Positions 9,204 to 17,806 are shown, counted from the stretch's first letter. The stretch: 25,210 nucleotides of DNA from Candidatus Zixiibacteriota bacterium (GCA_003520965.1 DOTU01000101.1:4069-29278), one strand, 5' to 3'. The notes: generated by a model from the letters alone, not told the origin. A program made the numbers and translations.

Positions 9204-9919
9204 GAAAACCAGTTTCTTTGTTGTCGCTTTACCATAAAGAATCATCGATGGGAACCGAGTTTCGCCGTCTTTACGCTAATATTAAAAGCAAAAACCGCGA
9301 CCAAAACCTGCAAAGCTTGCTGGTCACATCAGCTACGGTGGGCGAGGGTAAATCGCTAACCAGCAGCCTTTTGGCTATTACTATTGCCGAACTTACCAAG
9401 CTTAAAGTCGCCTTAGTTGATTTCGATATGCGGCGTCCAAGGATAGCCCAATATTTCGATCTTGAAAATGAAAATGGCGTAGCCGATGTTTTAACGGGCA
9501 AATTATCACTAAAAGCCGTTTCACGGAAAACTACGGTCCCCAACCTAACTGTTGTTCCTGCTGGTCGTTTGGACGTTCTACCCACTGACGTTTTAGAGCA
9601 TGAGCGTGTCTCCAATTTCTTTCAGGAACTCAAATTTTACTTCGATCAAGTTATCGTAGATTCTCCGCCGGTAATACCAGTTTCCGACCCGATGCTTATT
9701 TCTGAGCATGTCGATGGGGTTATCATGGTAGTCAGGGGCGGTTCTACTCAAAGAGAAGTTGTCAGCAGGGCATCTAATTTATTGATCAATGCCAAGATAA
9801 ACGTCATCGGAGTTGTCCTGAATGATTATGAGGAAGTTCTGCCTTACTATTACAAAGAACGCTACTATGGGTATCAATATTACCACAAGGATTTGAAGGA
9901 AAACAAATCTTCATCCTAA
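9200..9919 (+). CDS. CpsD/CapB-family bacterial tyrosine kinase (BY-kinase)
   Basis: VTSATVGEGKSLT (Walker A), LVDFDMRRP (A'), VIVDSPP (B) and a C-terminal Tyr cluster YYYKERYYGYQYY. ATGA overlap with the TPR gene. Confidence 0.93.
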   Translation: MRKPVSLLSLYHKESSMGTEFRRLYANIKSKNRDQNLQSLLVTSATVGEGKSLTSSLLAITIAELTKLKVALVDFDMRRPRIAQYFDLENENGVADVLTGKLSLKAVSRKTTVPNLTVVPAGRLDVLPTDVLEHERVSNFFQELKFYFDQVIVDSPPVIPVSDPMLISEHVDGVIMVVRGGSTQREVVSRASNLLINAKINVIGVVLNDYEEVLPYYYKERYYGYQYYHKDLKENKSSS

Positions 9920-10135
9920 ATGCTTTTACTGCATTATTTCTGCATTTAATTGCATAATTAACAGCTTAAGCTGATTAGAGTTTAAGCCATTTTGTATATC
10001 CAATTGTTGTCTGACTCAAACTGGAACATAAGCAGCCTACCCTAACTTATTATATCTTATATAATTACAACTATCGGGGGATGGTTTTTCAAGATTGCTA
10101 TTTTTCTCAAATTCTTTTCCCTCATAGCGTATTTG

Positions 10136-10151
10136 TGGCAGCAAATTTGCA
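10136..10151 (+). promoter_or_regulatory. sigma-54 (-24/-12) promoter of the sugar transferase
   Basis: TGGCAGCAAATTTGCA has GG-N10-GC with TGGCA and TTGCA flanks, 60 nt upstream of ATG 10211. Confidence 0.7.
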
Positions 10152-10210
10152 TTAAACCCTAAGCAAAGGGGTAAAAATCGATTAACAATGATTATTGGAG
10201 ATACGACTTT

Positions 10211-11110
10211 ATGAGATATCAATATTCTGCACCAAACCCGCTCGGACACTACTGGGACGAAGAGTCGGTCAGTGTTTTGGGCATCAGGTTTGGGATATCG
10301 AGGAAAGCCGGGTTTTATTTTAGCTATCTTCTCGAAGAAATACTTCTCGCCAATTTTTTCCTCCTGTTTCAGTTAATCCTCAACCAAGCTTTGATACTTG
10401 GGGCGAGAAGATCATTTGTTCGAGCATCGCATCGAATCGATATCGGCGCAACGGCTAAGAGAACCATAGATATATCGGGCGGCGTGGTTGGATTGATTTT
10501 GAGCCTGCCGCTATGGATAATGGTAGCGATAGCAATTAGACTCGATTCCAAAGGCCCCATTTTCTACAGGCAGGAGAGAGTCGGACAGAATCGCCGCCGT
10601 CGGGATCGCCGGGCAGTAAACCTTGCCGGCGCAGAGAGACGATCATCTGTTGATCGTCGAACCACTGTCGGACACGGTAAAAGGTTCTGGATCGTTAAAT
10701 TCCGCAGCATGTACGTCAACGCAGAATCGACCACAGGACCGGTTTGGGCTCAGAAAAATGATCCTCGCATTACTCGTGTCGGACGCATTTTACGAGCCAC
10801 CAGGCTGGATGAGCTTCCCCAGATATTAAATGTTCTCGCCGGAGATATGAGCCTGGTTGGGCCTCGGCCGGAAAGACCGTTTTTCGTGGAAGATTTGCAG
10901 ACCAAGATAAAAGATTACACTACTCGTTTTTATGTAAAACCCGGGATCACAGGATTGGCCCAGGTTGAGCACAAGTATGATGAAAGCATCGAGGACGTTT
11001 CCAAAAAGATCACCTACGATCTGCATTACATTCGCAATTGGACAGTTCTGCAGGATGTTAGAATCATTATGAAAACGATTGTGGTAGTCTTGACAGCCCG
11101 TGGCATGTAA
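10211..11110 (+). CDS. Priming sugar transferase (Bac_transf; WcaJ/WbaP/PglC-like polyprenyl phosphoglycosyl transferase)
   Basis: KRTIDI...[11 protein letters not shown]...KFRSM...[38 protein letters not shown]...[11 protein letters not shown]...YDLHYIRNW. Confidence 0.94.
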   Translation: MRYQYSAPNPLGHYWDEESVSVLGIRFGISRKAGFYFSYLLEEILLANFFLLFQLILNQALILGARRSFVRASHRIDIGATAKRTIDISGGVVGLILSLPLWIMVAIAIRLDSKGPIFYRQERVGQNRRRRDRRAVNLAGAERRSSVDRRTTVGHGKRFWIVKFRSMYVNAESTTGPVWAQKNDPRITRVGRILRATRLDELPQILNVLAGDMSLVGPRPERPFFVEDLQTKIKDYTTRFYVKPGITGLAQVEHKYDESIEDVSKKITYDLHYIRNWTVLQDVRIIMKTIVVVLTARGM

Positions 11111-11140
11111 AACAATGAATTATTGAATAGAATCTTTGCC

Positions 11141-11163
11141 GGGGGAGTTGCTCCCCCTTTTTT
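11141..11163 (+). terminator. Intrinsic terminator after the sugar transferase
   Basis: GGGGGAG-TTG-CTCCCCC hairpin followed by TTTTTT. Confidence 0.8.
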
Positions 11164-11178
11164 ATTGCTATAAATTAC

Positions 11179-11207
11179 TTGCGAAAAAAGTCCCTTTGAT
11201 TTAAGTT
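11179..11207 (+). promoter_or_regulatory. Candidate sigma-70 promoter for the 11416-16953 operon
   Basis: TTGCGA-N17-TAAGTT. An alternative TTGAAA-N17-TATAAG lies at 11278-11306. Confidence 0.3.
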
Positions 11208-11415
11208 AATTTCCGAGGGACAACGGATGCGAATACAGAACGTCTTAGCCCCAGGCTGAGGCAACATAATTTCCTGATTGAAAAGATCCCGGATACATTA
11301 TATAAGAATGACTAAGAGCAATGAGTCTCGATCCTTTAGAAGGGGATAATCGTTCCGATAAAAATACAGGCCCTTCTGTTTCGGGACAATTGAGTTACAG
11401 TGAGGGGAAGGAGCA

Positions 11416-12135
11416 ATGAAAATGAGAATCTTTTTTTGCATAACGGCGATTGTTTGTTTGACCGGCTTGTTCCTGGCACAGCCTGGCGTTGCCCAAAAAA
11501 CGGATAATTATATTTTGACCACCAATCCAGCGGGGGCAACGGCATATTTCTGTGGCGAATATAGCCTCGTCGTCAATACACCGGCCGCATTACCGTCAAA
11601 TCTATCAGGTCAATACAAGGTTAGAATTGCCCGGTCCGGATACGAAACCTGGAAGGGAGAACTGTCTTTCCTGCCCGGGAGTCCGAACAGCGTGAATATT
11701 AATCTTTCCCCAAAAACGCGATTTAAAGCTGGCCTACGTTCCCTGTTTATTCCTGGCTGGGGGCAGCATTATGAGGGATGCGGCACTCGGGGTACTGCAT
11801 TCACTTTGGGGATTATTGGGGCAGGAACCTTGCTCTATATTTCCGATCGAAAATATCAAGATAGACGCGGCGACTACGATATTGCCAACTACAACTACAC
11901 TAATGCGACATCCATAACCCAAAGGGAACAGCTTATGGTAATCAGGGATGCTGCCCAGCGAAAAGCCTATAAGGCGGAAACGGATCGCCGACGCGTATTC
12001 TATGCTGGAATCGGGATTTGGGTCTATAATATTTTTGATTCAATGATCTTCTTTCCGGAAGGTTCAGCTTACTACCCCACGGTCACGGCCGATAACGGGG
12101 GTGGGGCAAAGTTATCACTGGTAGTCAAGTTTTAG
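11416..12135 (+). CDS. Exported PEGA-domain protein with DUF5683-like C-terminal domain
   Basis: Signal peptide; PEGA-like ILTTNPAGATAYF...NTP...YKVRIARSGYETW; SLFIPGWGQHY motif with hydrophobic helices; C-terminal beta-strand ending in Phe (KLSLVVKF). Confidence 0.65.
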   Translation: MKMRIFFCITAIVCLTGLFLAQPGVAQKTDNYILTTNPAGATAYFCGEYSLVVNTPAALPSNLSGQYKVRIARSGYETWKGELSFLPGSPNSVNINLSPKTRFKAGLRSLFIPGWGQHYEGCGTRGTAFTLGIIGAGTLLYISDRKYQDRRGDYDIANYNYTNATSITQREQLMVIRDAAQRKAYKAETDRRRVFYAGIGIWVYNIFDSMIFFPEGSAYYPTVTADNGGGAKLSLVVKF

Positions 12136-12145
12136 GAGGGATATA

Positions 12146-14299
12146 ATGAACACCAGAATCAAATTGATTGCGATTGCAGGGGTATTGTTGTTAACAGCAT
12201 TCTCCTGCTCGCGAAATATTCCAGAGCCGGTTTCGCCGCCGATTAATGATAATATCCCACCCAAGCCTGCCAATTTCACAGCATCAGTGGGTGATCGGAT
12301 GGCCTTTTTAACCTGGTCAATATCCGATACTCAGAATATCAGCATCTATCGTATATACCAGTCTGATTCGGATAGTCTGCATTTTAGGGTAGTGGCTGAA
12401 GTAACGCAAACATCTTATGCGGCTAATAACCTGCACAACGGAATAACTTATTACTTTAAGGTCGCGGCCGTAAACAACTCAGGGTTCGAAGGCTATAGTA
12501 GCGATATGTTGTCAACAGTACCAGACCTTTACGGAATAATAATTAACGATGGAGCCAGGTATACTAATGATCGCAACGTAGGCCTGACTATGGTCGCCCC
12601 AACCGGCACCCGATATATGCAGGTTTCCAACGACTCAACCTTTGCCGGAAATCCATGGGAAAATTACGTCCTTACCAAAATTTGGGAACTGACCGCCGGA
12701 GATCAGACCAAAGCCGTTTTTGTAAAATATCGCAATCATAACGATGAGATAACATCAACATACTATTCGGCTAATATCACGCTGGATACCCATGCCGCCA
12801 TTGATTCGATTACCTTTACACCGGAAAGCCAACCGTATGTTGCCGGTGAGCTTGTTCATTTCAAGTTGTTTGCTGAAGAATCGGAGGGTCAGGCTCGAAC
12901 AACCGTGGGGCAGGGACTGATTAACCTTACTCTATATGATGACGGCAGTAGAGGGGATGCGGTTTCCGGCGATGGTATTTACGAGTGCGATTACATAATT
13001 GCAGGGAACCTAGATTTCGCCAATGCAACTGTTTATGGGAATTTTACCGATCGCGCTTCTAATACAGCTCAGCAAATCCAGGCTCGGAGAAATATGTCTG
13101 TAACCCGAGCGCCGGACCCGGTGACGATCTTCGGAATCGTTCCTCCAACCGGTTTTTTCGATCGTTTGCAAATCAATTGGAATGCTACACCGGCCAGTGA
13201 TTTCGCCCAATATCGTGTCTATCGAGCATTATCCGCCAATGTCGATTCCAGCGATTATTTGGTGGAAGTCATAAGTCAAATATCTATTACCTCTCTTACC
13301 GATACCGGTCTAACCGCGAATACGGTTTATTACTACAAAGTTTATGTCGTAGACAATACCGGCTTATGGGCTGGATCAAATGAGGTCCATGCCAGCACTA
13401 ATGCGAATCTCCCACCTGATCCAGTGGTACTTTTTCCGCCGGTTGCTCTTCCTGGAACGCATGACAGATTGAGTCTTTCCTGGTCCGCCAGTCATGATCA
13501 GGATTTTCTGCGCTACGAACTGTACCGCTCTTATGATAACAATGTTACGGTGTCTGATATCCTGATACTGGCATCAGCTACCCAGACCACGGCTGTAGAT
13601 TCCAATCTTGCGGCGGATTCAGCATACTATTACCGTGTGCAGATTATGGATCGGGCGGGGAATTTATCCTGGTCAAATACTGTCAGCGGACGAACCGGGC
13701 TGGACCTTGGTCCCGATCCGGCCACCTTGTATCCGGTCGAAGTTGCACCAGATTATTATCAAAGTGTGAGATTACAATGGTCACAGCCATATATTTCCGA
13801 TTTCCAATCATACAGGGTCTATTCCTGGAAGACCGATTCCGGCCGCTCAGACAGCCTATTAGCGGCAATTATATCCCGTCAGGATTCGATGGCCCTGACT
13901 CTTCATCCCATATTCGATGTCGGGGCTGATACGCTCAATTACTGGTTTATTATCCATACCAACGATATTGGAGGACATCATGCTGCCTCTAACAGCCTCA
14001 GGGTGCATCTTGTTGATAACCCTCCGGGTCTGGTAAGCGGAACGGTTATTGCTGAGAGCACCTTTATTTCTGTTTCCTGGAATGCGACGGAAATCCCCGA
14101 TTTCGGCAGTTATCGTTTGATGCGGGATACCCTTTCGTCCCCTGCTCAAAGCGTGCCGGTTTTTATGTCGACCACCCAGAGCGTTACCAATTACCATGAC
14201 TACGGTCTTGTTCGGGGACACACTTACTATTACTGGCTTGATATTTATGATACACGGGGGCATAGTTCTAGATCGAATTTGGGCAGTCGCCAATGGTAA
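12146..14299 (+). CDS. Lipoprotein with about five fibronectin type III repeats and a choice-of-anchor-X-like segment
   Basis: Lipobox AFS-C21. Fn3 units (L.W...DF..YR.YR......YYY.V...D....S.SN): one N-terminal and four tandem C-terminal. LYDDGSRGDAVSGDGIY motif. Confidence 0.85.
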   Translation: MNTRIKLIAIAGVLLLTAFSCSRNIPEPVSPPINDNIPPKPANFTASVGDRMAFLTWSISDTQNISIYRIYQSDSDSLHFRVVAEVTQTSYAANNLHNGITYYFKVAAVNNSGFEGYSSDMLSTVPDLYGIIINDGARYTNDRNVGLTMVAPTGTRYMQVSNDSTFAGNPWENYVLTKIWELTAGDQTKAVFVKYRNHNDEITSTYYSANITLDTHAAIDSITFTPESQPYVAGELVHFKLFAEESEGQARTTVGQGLINLTLYDDGSRGDAVSGDGIYECDYIIAGNLDFANATVYGNFTDRASNTAQQIQARRNMSVTRAPDPVTIFGIVPPTGFFDRLQINWNATPASDFAQYRVYRALSANVDSSDYLVEVISQISITSLTDTGLTANTVYYYKVYVVDNTGLWAGSNEVHASTNANLPPDPVVLFPPVALPGTHDRLSLSWSASHDQDFLRYELYRSYDNNVTVSDILILASATQTTAVDSNLAADSAYYYRVQIMDRAGNLSWSNTVSGRTGLDLGPDPATLYPVEVAPDYYQSVRLQWSQPYISDFQSYRVYSWKTDSGRSDSLLAAIISRQDSMALTLHPIFDVGADTLNYWFIIHTNDIGGHHAASNSLRVHLVDNPPGLVSGTVIAESTFISVSWNATEIPDFGSYRLMRDTLSSPAQSVPVFMSTTQSVTNYHDYGLVRGHTYYYWLDIYDTRGHSSRSNLGSRQW

Positions 14300-15147
14300 A
14301 AACCAAGCTCTCGTTTCTCGATAAGCTGAACATGTTTGTAAGTATCTATGGGCAGCTTTTTATCAGTATTTTTCGTTTTTCCTGGTGGTCGCCTTTCTTT
14401 ATCTATGCCATTTTTCAAACAATCGGTTTTTTAGCATTGTTATGGTATTATGCCCCCATTTTATCGTCCACAGTTTATCCGATTATCTCTCTCTTCCTGC
14501 CGCCAAATGCTTTTCATTACCCACAATACTACCTGGCTTTACCATCGCTCTATGCCACCTACGAGAGTTTGATTTTAGGTATTACTGTCTGGATAGTATT
14601 GGCAGCCGCTGCGGTTTACAGGTTTTCGGGAATTTACAATGGTAAAGTACCTGCGCTTCGAGATAGTATCAGGCTGGCGATGCGCTCTTATCTTCCATTG
14701 CTTTTAGTCTGGCTCCTGGAAACGGTGTTGGTCATTATTATCCTCTACCTACCGAGTCATTTATTAAAAAATATGATTGCCGATTCGCCGAACCGGGCTG
14801 CCCTGGCTGATGTCGTTTTTGAAACGATCGGGCTGGGAGTGACCGCGATGCTGATCTACGCCGTTCCCGGTATTATACTTGATGGTAAAAAAGTTTGGCA
14901 GGCTATTCAGGACAGTATTGGTCTTTTTATGCGCAATTTCATCTTTACTTATTCGATTGTATTCTTCCCAAGCTTTTTGCGCATAATTATGAATCTGCTG
15001 CTTACCAGTTACGCACCCAAAATCATAACGATTCTAAACCCCGAGTTAATTCCTACAATCATGTTTATTTACATTTTCGCGGGGATATTCATTAATCTAT
15101 TTATTTATGGCGCGGCAGTATTTGCCTACAAGAGAATGGCGGATTAG
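14293..15147 (+). CDS. Multi-pass integral membrane protein, unknown function
   Basis: About 6-7 hydrophobic helices; overlaps the upstream stop; the long ORF fills the operon gap. Confidence 0.75.
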   Translation: MVKTKLSFLDKLNMFVSIYGQLFISIFRFSWWSPFFIYAIFQTIGFLALLWYYAPILSSTVYPIISLFLPPNAFHYPQYYLALPSLYATYESLILGITVWIVLAAAAVYRFSGIYNGKVPALRDSIRLAMRSYLPLLLVWLLETVLVIIILYLPSHLLKNMIADSPNRAALADVVFETIGLGVTAMLIYAVPGIILDGKKVWQAIQDSIGLFMRNFIFTYSIVFFPSFLRIIMNLLLTSYAPKIITILNPELIPTIMFIYIFAGIFINLFIYGAAVFAYKRMAD

Positions 15148-15192
15148 ATTGGCGGATGCTCTAACGTTTCAGGTTTCCGGATTCTCGACGAA

Positions 15193-16953
15193 ATGAAATA
15201 TTTGAAGCAAGCCATAATTCCTCTGGCAGTTTTCCTGGGCGCAGGATTTTATTACTATCACCAAGCCTGTCCCACATTTTATTATTGGGATTCCGCTGAG
15301 CTTACTGCCGCGGTTCTTGGCCGCGGCGTACCGCATCCTCCAGGTTTCCCATTCTTTTTAATTTTATCCAGTGCCTGGCAAAGGTTTCTCTCTCTCGATC
15401 CCAAACTCAGCCTGAATGTATTCTCGGCTTTATTCGGGGCTTTGGGGCTTTGCTTTTGGTATCAGGTTACGGTGAAGGTTCTACGACTATTGCGCCTTGC
15501 CAAAAGCGAGGGTATCATTTCTCTGGTATCGTTGGTGTCTGTGGCTATTATGGGAGTATCGCTCACATACTCCATCCAGGCTACCCGCTTCGAAGTTTAC
15601 TCGCTTAATTTTGCAGGATTTGCGGCTCTAACTCTAATCTGCTTATCCATAATCAATCGAGAAACGCCATCGAAACTATTGAGCTTGGGGTTTTTTATGT
15701 TGTTGGGGGCGTTCCTCGCTGTACATAATCTGACTATTGCTTTAGCGATTCCGGGTCTTCTGTTGCTGGTGGTATGGCCCCAAAAAATGACTCTGGGAAA
15801 TGCACTGCTTGGGACAATAGGCTCTTTTATATTTTCAGGGTTGTTTTATCTGCTTCTGCTCTTTAACGCGCAAAGTAATCCCCCGCTTAACTGGGGTGAT
15901 CCCGCCAATCTTGGTAATCTTGTCGATTATATCCTGGTCAAAGGATTCGTTACCTCAACTTCGCGCTTTACGCTTTCGCATATCATCGCGCAGTTATCGT
16001 TTGCCTACGATATATTTATCAGGCAGATCGGACCCGCTGCTCTGGCCCTGGCCTTGTTTGGATTTGGTTATGTCATTTGGAAAAAACGAGAGATTGGGAT
16101 TCCGCTGACTTTGATCTTTGGCCTGAATATCGTATCGGTCGCTTTTGCCGAAAATTACTTTTATGAAAACTATGATCTCCACGGCTATCTCATGATCTCC
16201 CTGGCTATTGCGATCATCTTTTTAGCTGTTACATTTCTACTGATTCATAATCTTATCATGTCCCGTTTCAAGGGCAAACGGGCCGAGGTCACCCGCGCTC
16301 TGGCTCTTGGGATATTTCTGATATTCGCCATGCTTATTCTGGCGCCCCCGGCAAAAGACAATTTTCGTTCTGCAGATCTGTCAAAAGTCAGAGGAGCTGA
16401 AGAGTATGCCGGCCGATTTCTTGCCGATGCTCCCGATAGTTCGGTGGTGATTACATCATCTTATAATACCTATTTCTGTGCCCTTGCATATCAAGCTTTA
16501 TTTCCCAATACGAGGGGAAAGGCGGTTGTTAATCTTTACAATTGGGATCATGAGTGGGGACGGGATGAGAGCGATCGGGCGTTGAAAATTCCGGCGCAAG
16601 AGAAATTCATCAGAACAAGCTATTACAGCGATTTTATCAATCGGGCCAAGAAAAGCCACCCGGTGTTCATCGAGTACGATCAATCCAGCGCTCCCATTGC
16701 TCGCTATCTTATCCCTCGGGGAATGGGATATCTATTCTCGCTTTCTGATACCTTAAGCGATCCTGCAACATTCGCTGTTGATGATCCTTATATTTCATTA
16801 TCCTCCAAGGCCAGCGATCTTGAAAGCATCAGGACCTGGGTCCTCTGGCTACAAAGCAGGGGAGAGTATTTCACCCGTCTGAAATGTGATAAAGCTGCCA
16901 GCCGCTATATCGCCCAAATTGATACCCTGGCCTCCAAAGCAGACTTACAATAG
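15193..16953 (+). CDS. DUF2723/TMEM260-like GT-C membrane glycosyltransferase
   Basis: Signature CPTFYYWDSAELTAAVLGRGVPHPPGFPFF, about 11 TM helices, ATRFEVYSLN, PPLNWGDP and a C-terminal soluble domain. Confidence 0.82.
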   Translation: MKYLKQAIIPLAVFLGAGFYYYHQACPTFYYWDSAELTAAVLGRGVPHPPGFPFFLILSSAWQRFLSLDPKLSLNVFSALFGALGLCFWYQVTVKVLRLLRLAKSEGIISLVSLVSVAIMGVSLTYSIQATRFEVYSLNFAGFAALTLICLSIINRETPSKLLSLGFFMLLGAFLAVHNLTIALAIPGLLLLVVWPQKMTLGNALLGTIGSFIFSGLFYLLLLFNAQSNPPLNWGDPANLGNLVDYILVKGFVTSTSRFTLSHIIAQLSFAYDIFIRQIGPAALALALFGFGYVIWKKREIGIPLTLIFGLNIVSVAFAENYFYENYDLHGYLMISLAIAIIFLAVTFLLIHNLIMSRFKGKRAEVTRALALGIFLIFAMLILAPPAKDNFRSADLSKVRGAEEYAGRFLADAPDSSVVITSSYNTYFCALAYQALFPNTRGKAVVNLYNWDHEWGRDESDRALKIPAQEKFIRTSYYSDFINRAKKSHPVFIEYDQSSAPIARYLIPRGMGYLFSLSDTLSDPATFAVDDPYISLSSKASDLESIRTWVLWLQSRGEYFTRLKCDKAASRYIAQIDTLASKADLQ

Positions 16954-17214
16954 CGTTTTTTTTACATTACTCCATTTTCCATAGCGCTTTTACAAAAGCT
17001 GCGTCGAGCTTATAAAATCGCCGAATCGTTGCATTTTGCACCATTTGGGGATATGATTAATTTTCGCGATTTGCAAAGCGCAATGGTCATAATCAGCTGT
17101 TTTTCCAATAATCCAGCTTTTTGAGCAGTTACGCCGTTTTTAATGGCTTGTCGAAACCTATGGTATTCAAGGAATTAGGACGGGCGAGAGGAAAATAATT
17201 TTGAAAATTGAGGC

Positions 17215-17231
17215 TGGGCATGGTCTTTGCC
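17215..17231 (+). promoter_or_regulatory. sigma-54 (-24/-12) promoter of the pilin cluster
   Basis: TGGGCATGGTCTTTGCC: GG(17217-18)-N10-GC(17229-30). Pilin genes are classically sigma-54/PilR dependent, and a PilS-like kinase lies downstream. Confidence 0.65.
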
Positions 17232-17372
17232 TTATACGACGGTGGTTATTTGAAAACTGAAAAACCAAAAACCGCCAATTAAGGGCAATTGGCACACTAA
17301 AGTCGAATAGACAAAGTTCGATAAAACAAATGAAGAAACATTAAACCCCAATTTCGAAGTGAGGTAAAAAAA

Positions 17373-17786
17373 ATGAGAACTGGAAACAAGAAAGGCTTTA
17401 CGCTGATTGAGCTGATGATCGTGGTGGTCATTATCGGCATCCTGGCCGCTTTAGCAATACCCCGGTTTATGCGCTCAACTACCAAAGCCAAACAATCGGA
17501 AGCCAAGCAGCTTCTTAAGCAGATTTACACCATGCAGCACGCCTACAGACAGGAATTCAACGCTTACTGCCTGAACGGCATAACGGCAGCCGCGGGTAGC
17601 GCCAACTTCGCCAGAATAGGCGTCGACGTGGGAGCATCTGCTCGCTACAGCTACGCGATGGTTTCCGCAGCTAACACCTTCACCTGTACAGCCACAGCCA
17701 ATCTGGATGACGATGCCACAACTGACACCTGGACCATTACCGAAACAGGTACTTTAACCTGTACCATTGACGACTCGGTAACTTGA
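17373..17786 (+). CDS. pilA: Type IVa pilin, copy 1
   Basis: Class III signal KKG|FTLIELMIVVVIIGILAALAIP with Glu5; RBS GAGGT; 129 aa mature. Confidence 0.93.
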   Translation: MRTGNKKGFTLIELMIVVVIIGILAALAIPRFMRSTTKAKQSEAKQLLKQIYTMQHAYRQEFNAYCLNGITAAAGSANFARIGVDVGASARYSYAMVSAANTFTCTATANLDDDATTDTWTITETGTLTCTIDDSVT

Positions 17787-17806
17787 TCGTAAGCTGGACC
17801 TACAGC

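Noticed and set aside
6492-11110. PEP-CTERM/exosortase system
   Set aside because: The EPS genes resemble those loci, but there is no exosortase gene and no PEP-CTERM tail in any ORF in the window.
11164-11415. c-di-GMP or other known riboswitch in the long leader
   Set aside because: No GEMM-I/II or other recognisable aptamer consensus by eye; an Rfam scan would be decisive.
17290-17305. Second sigma-54 site TGGCACACTAAAGTC before pilin 1
   Set aside because: Perfect -24 element but no GC at -12 (reads TC).
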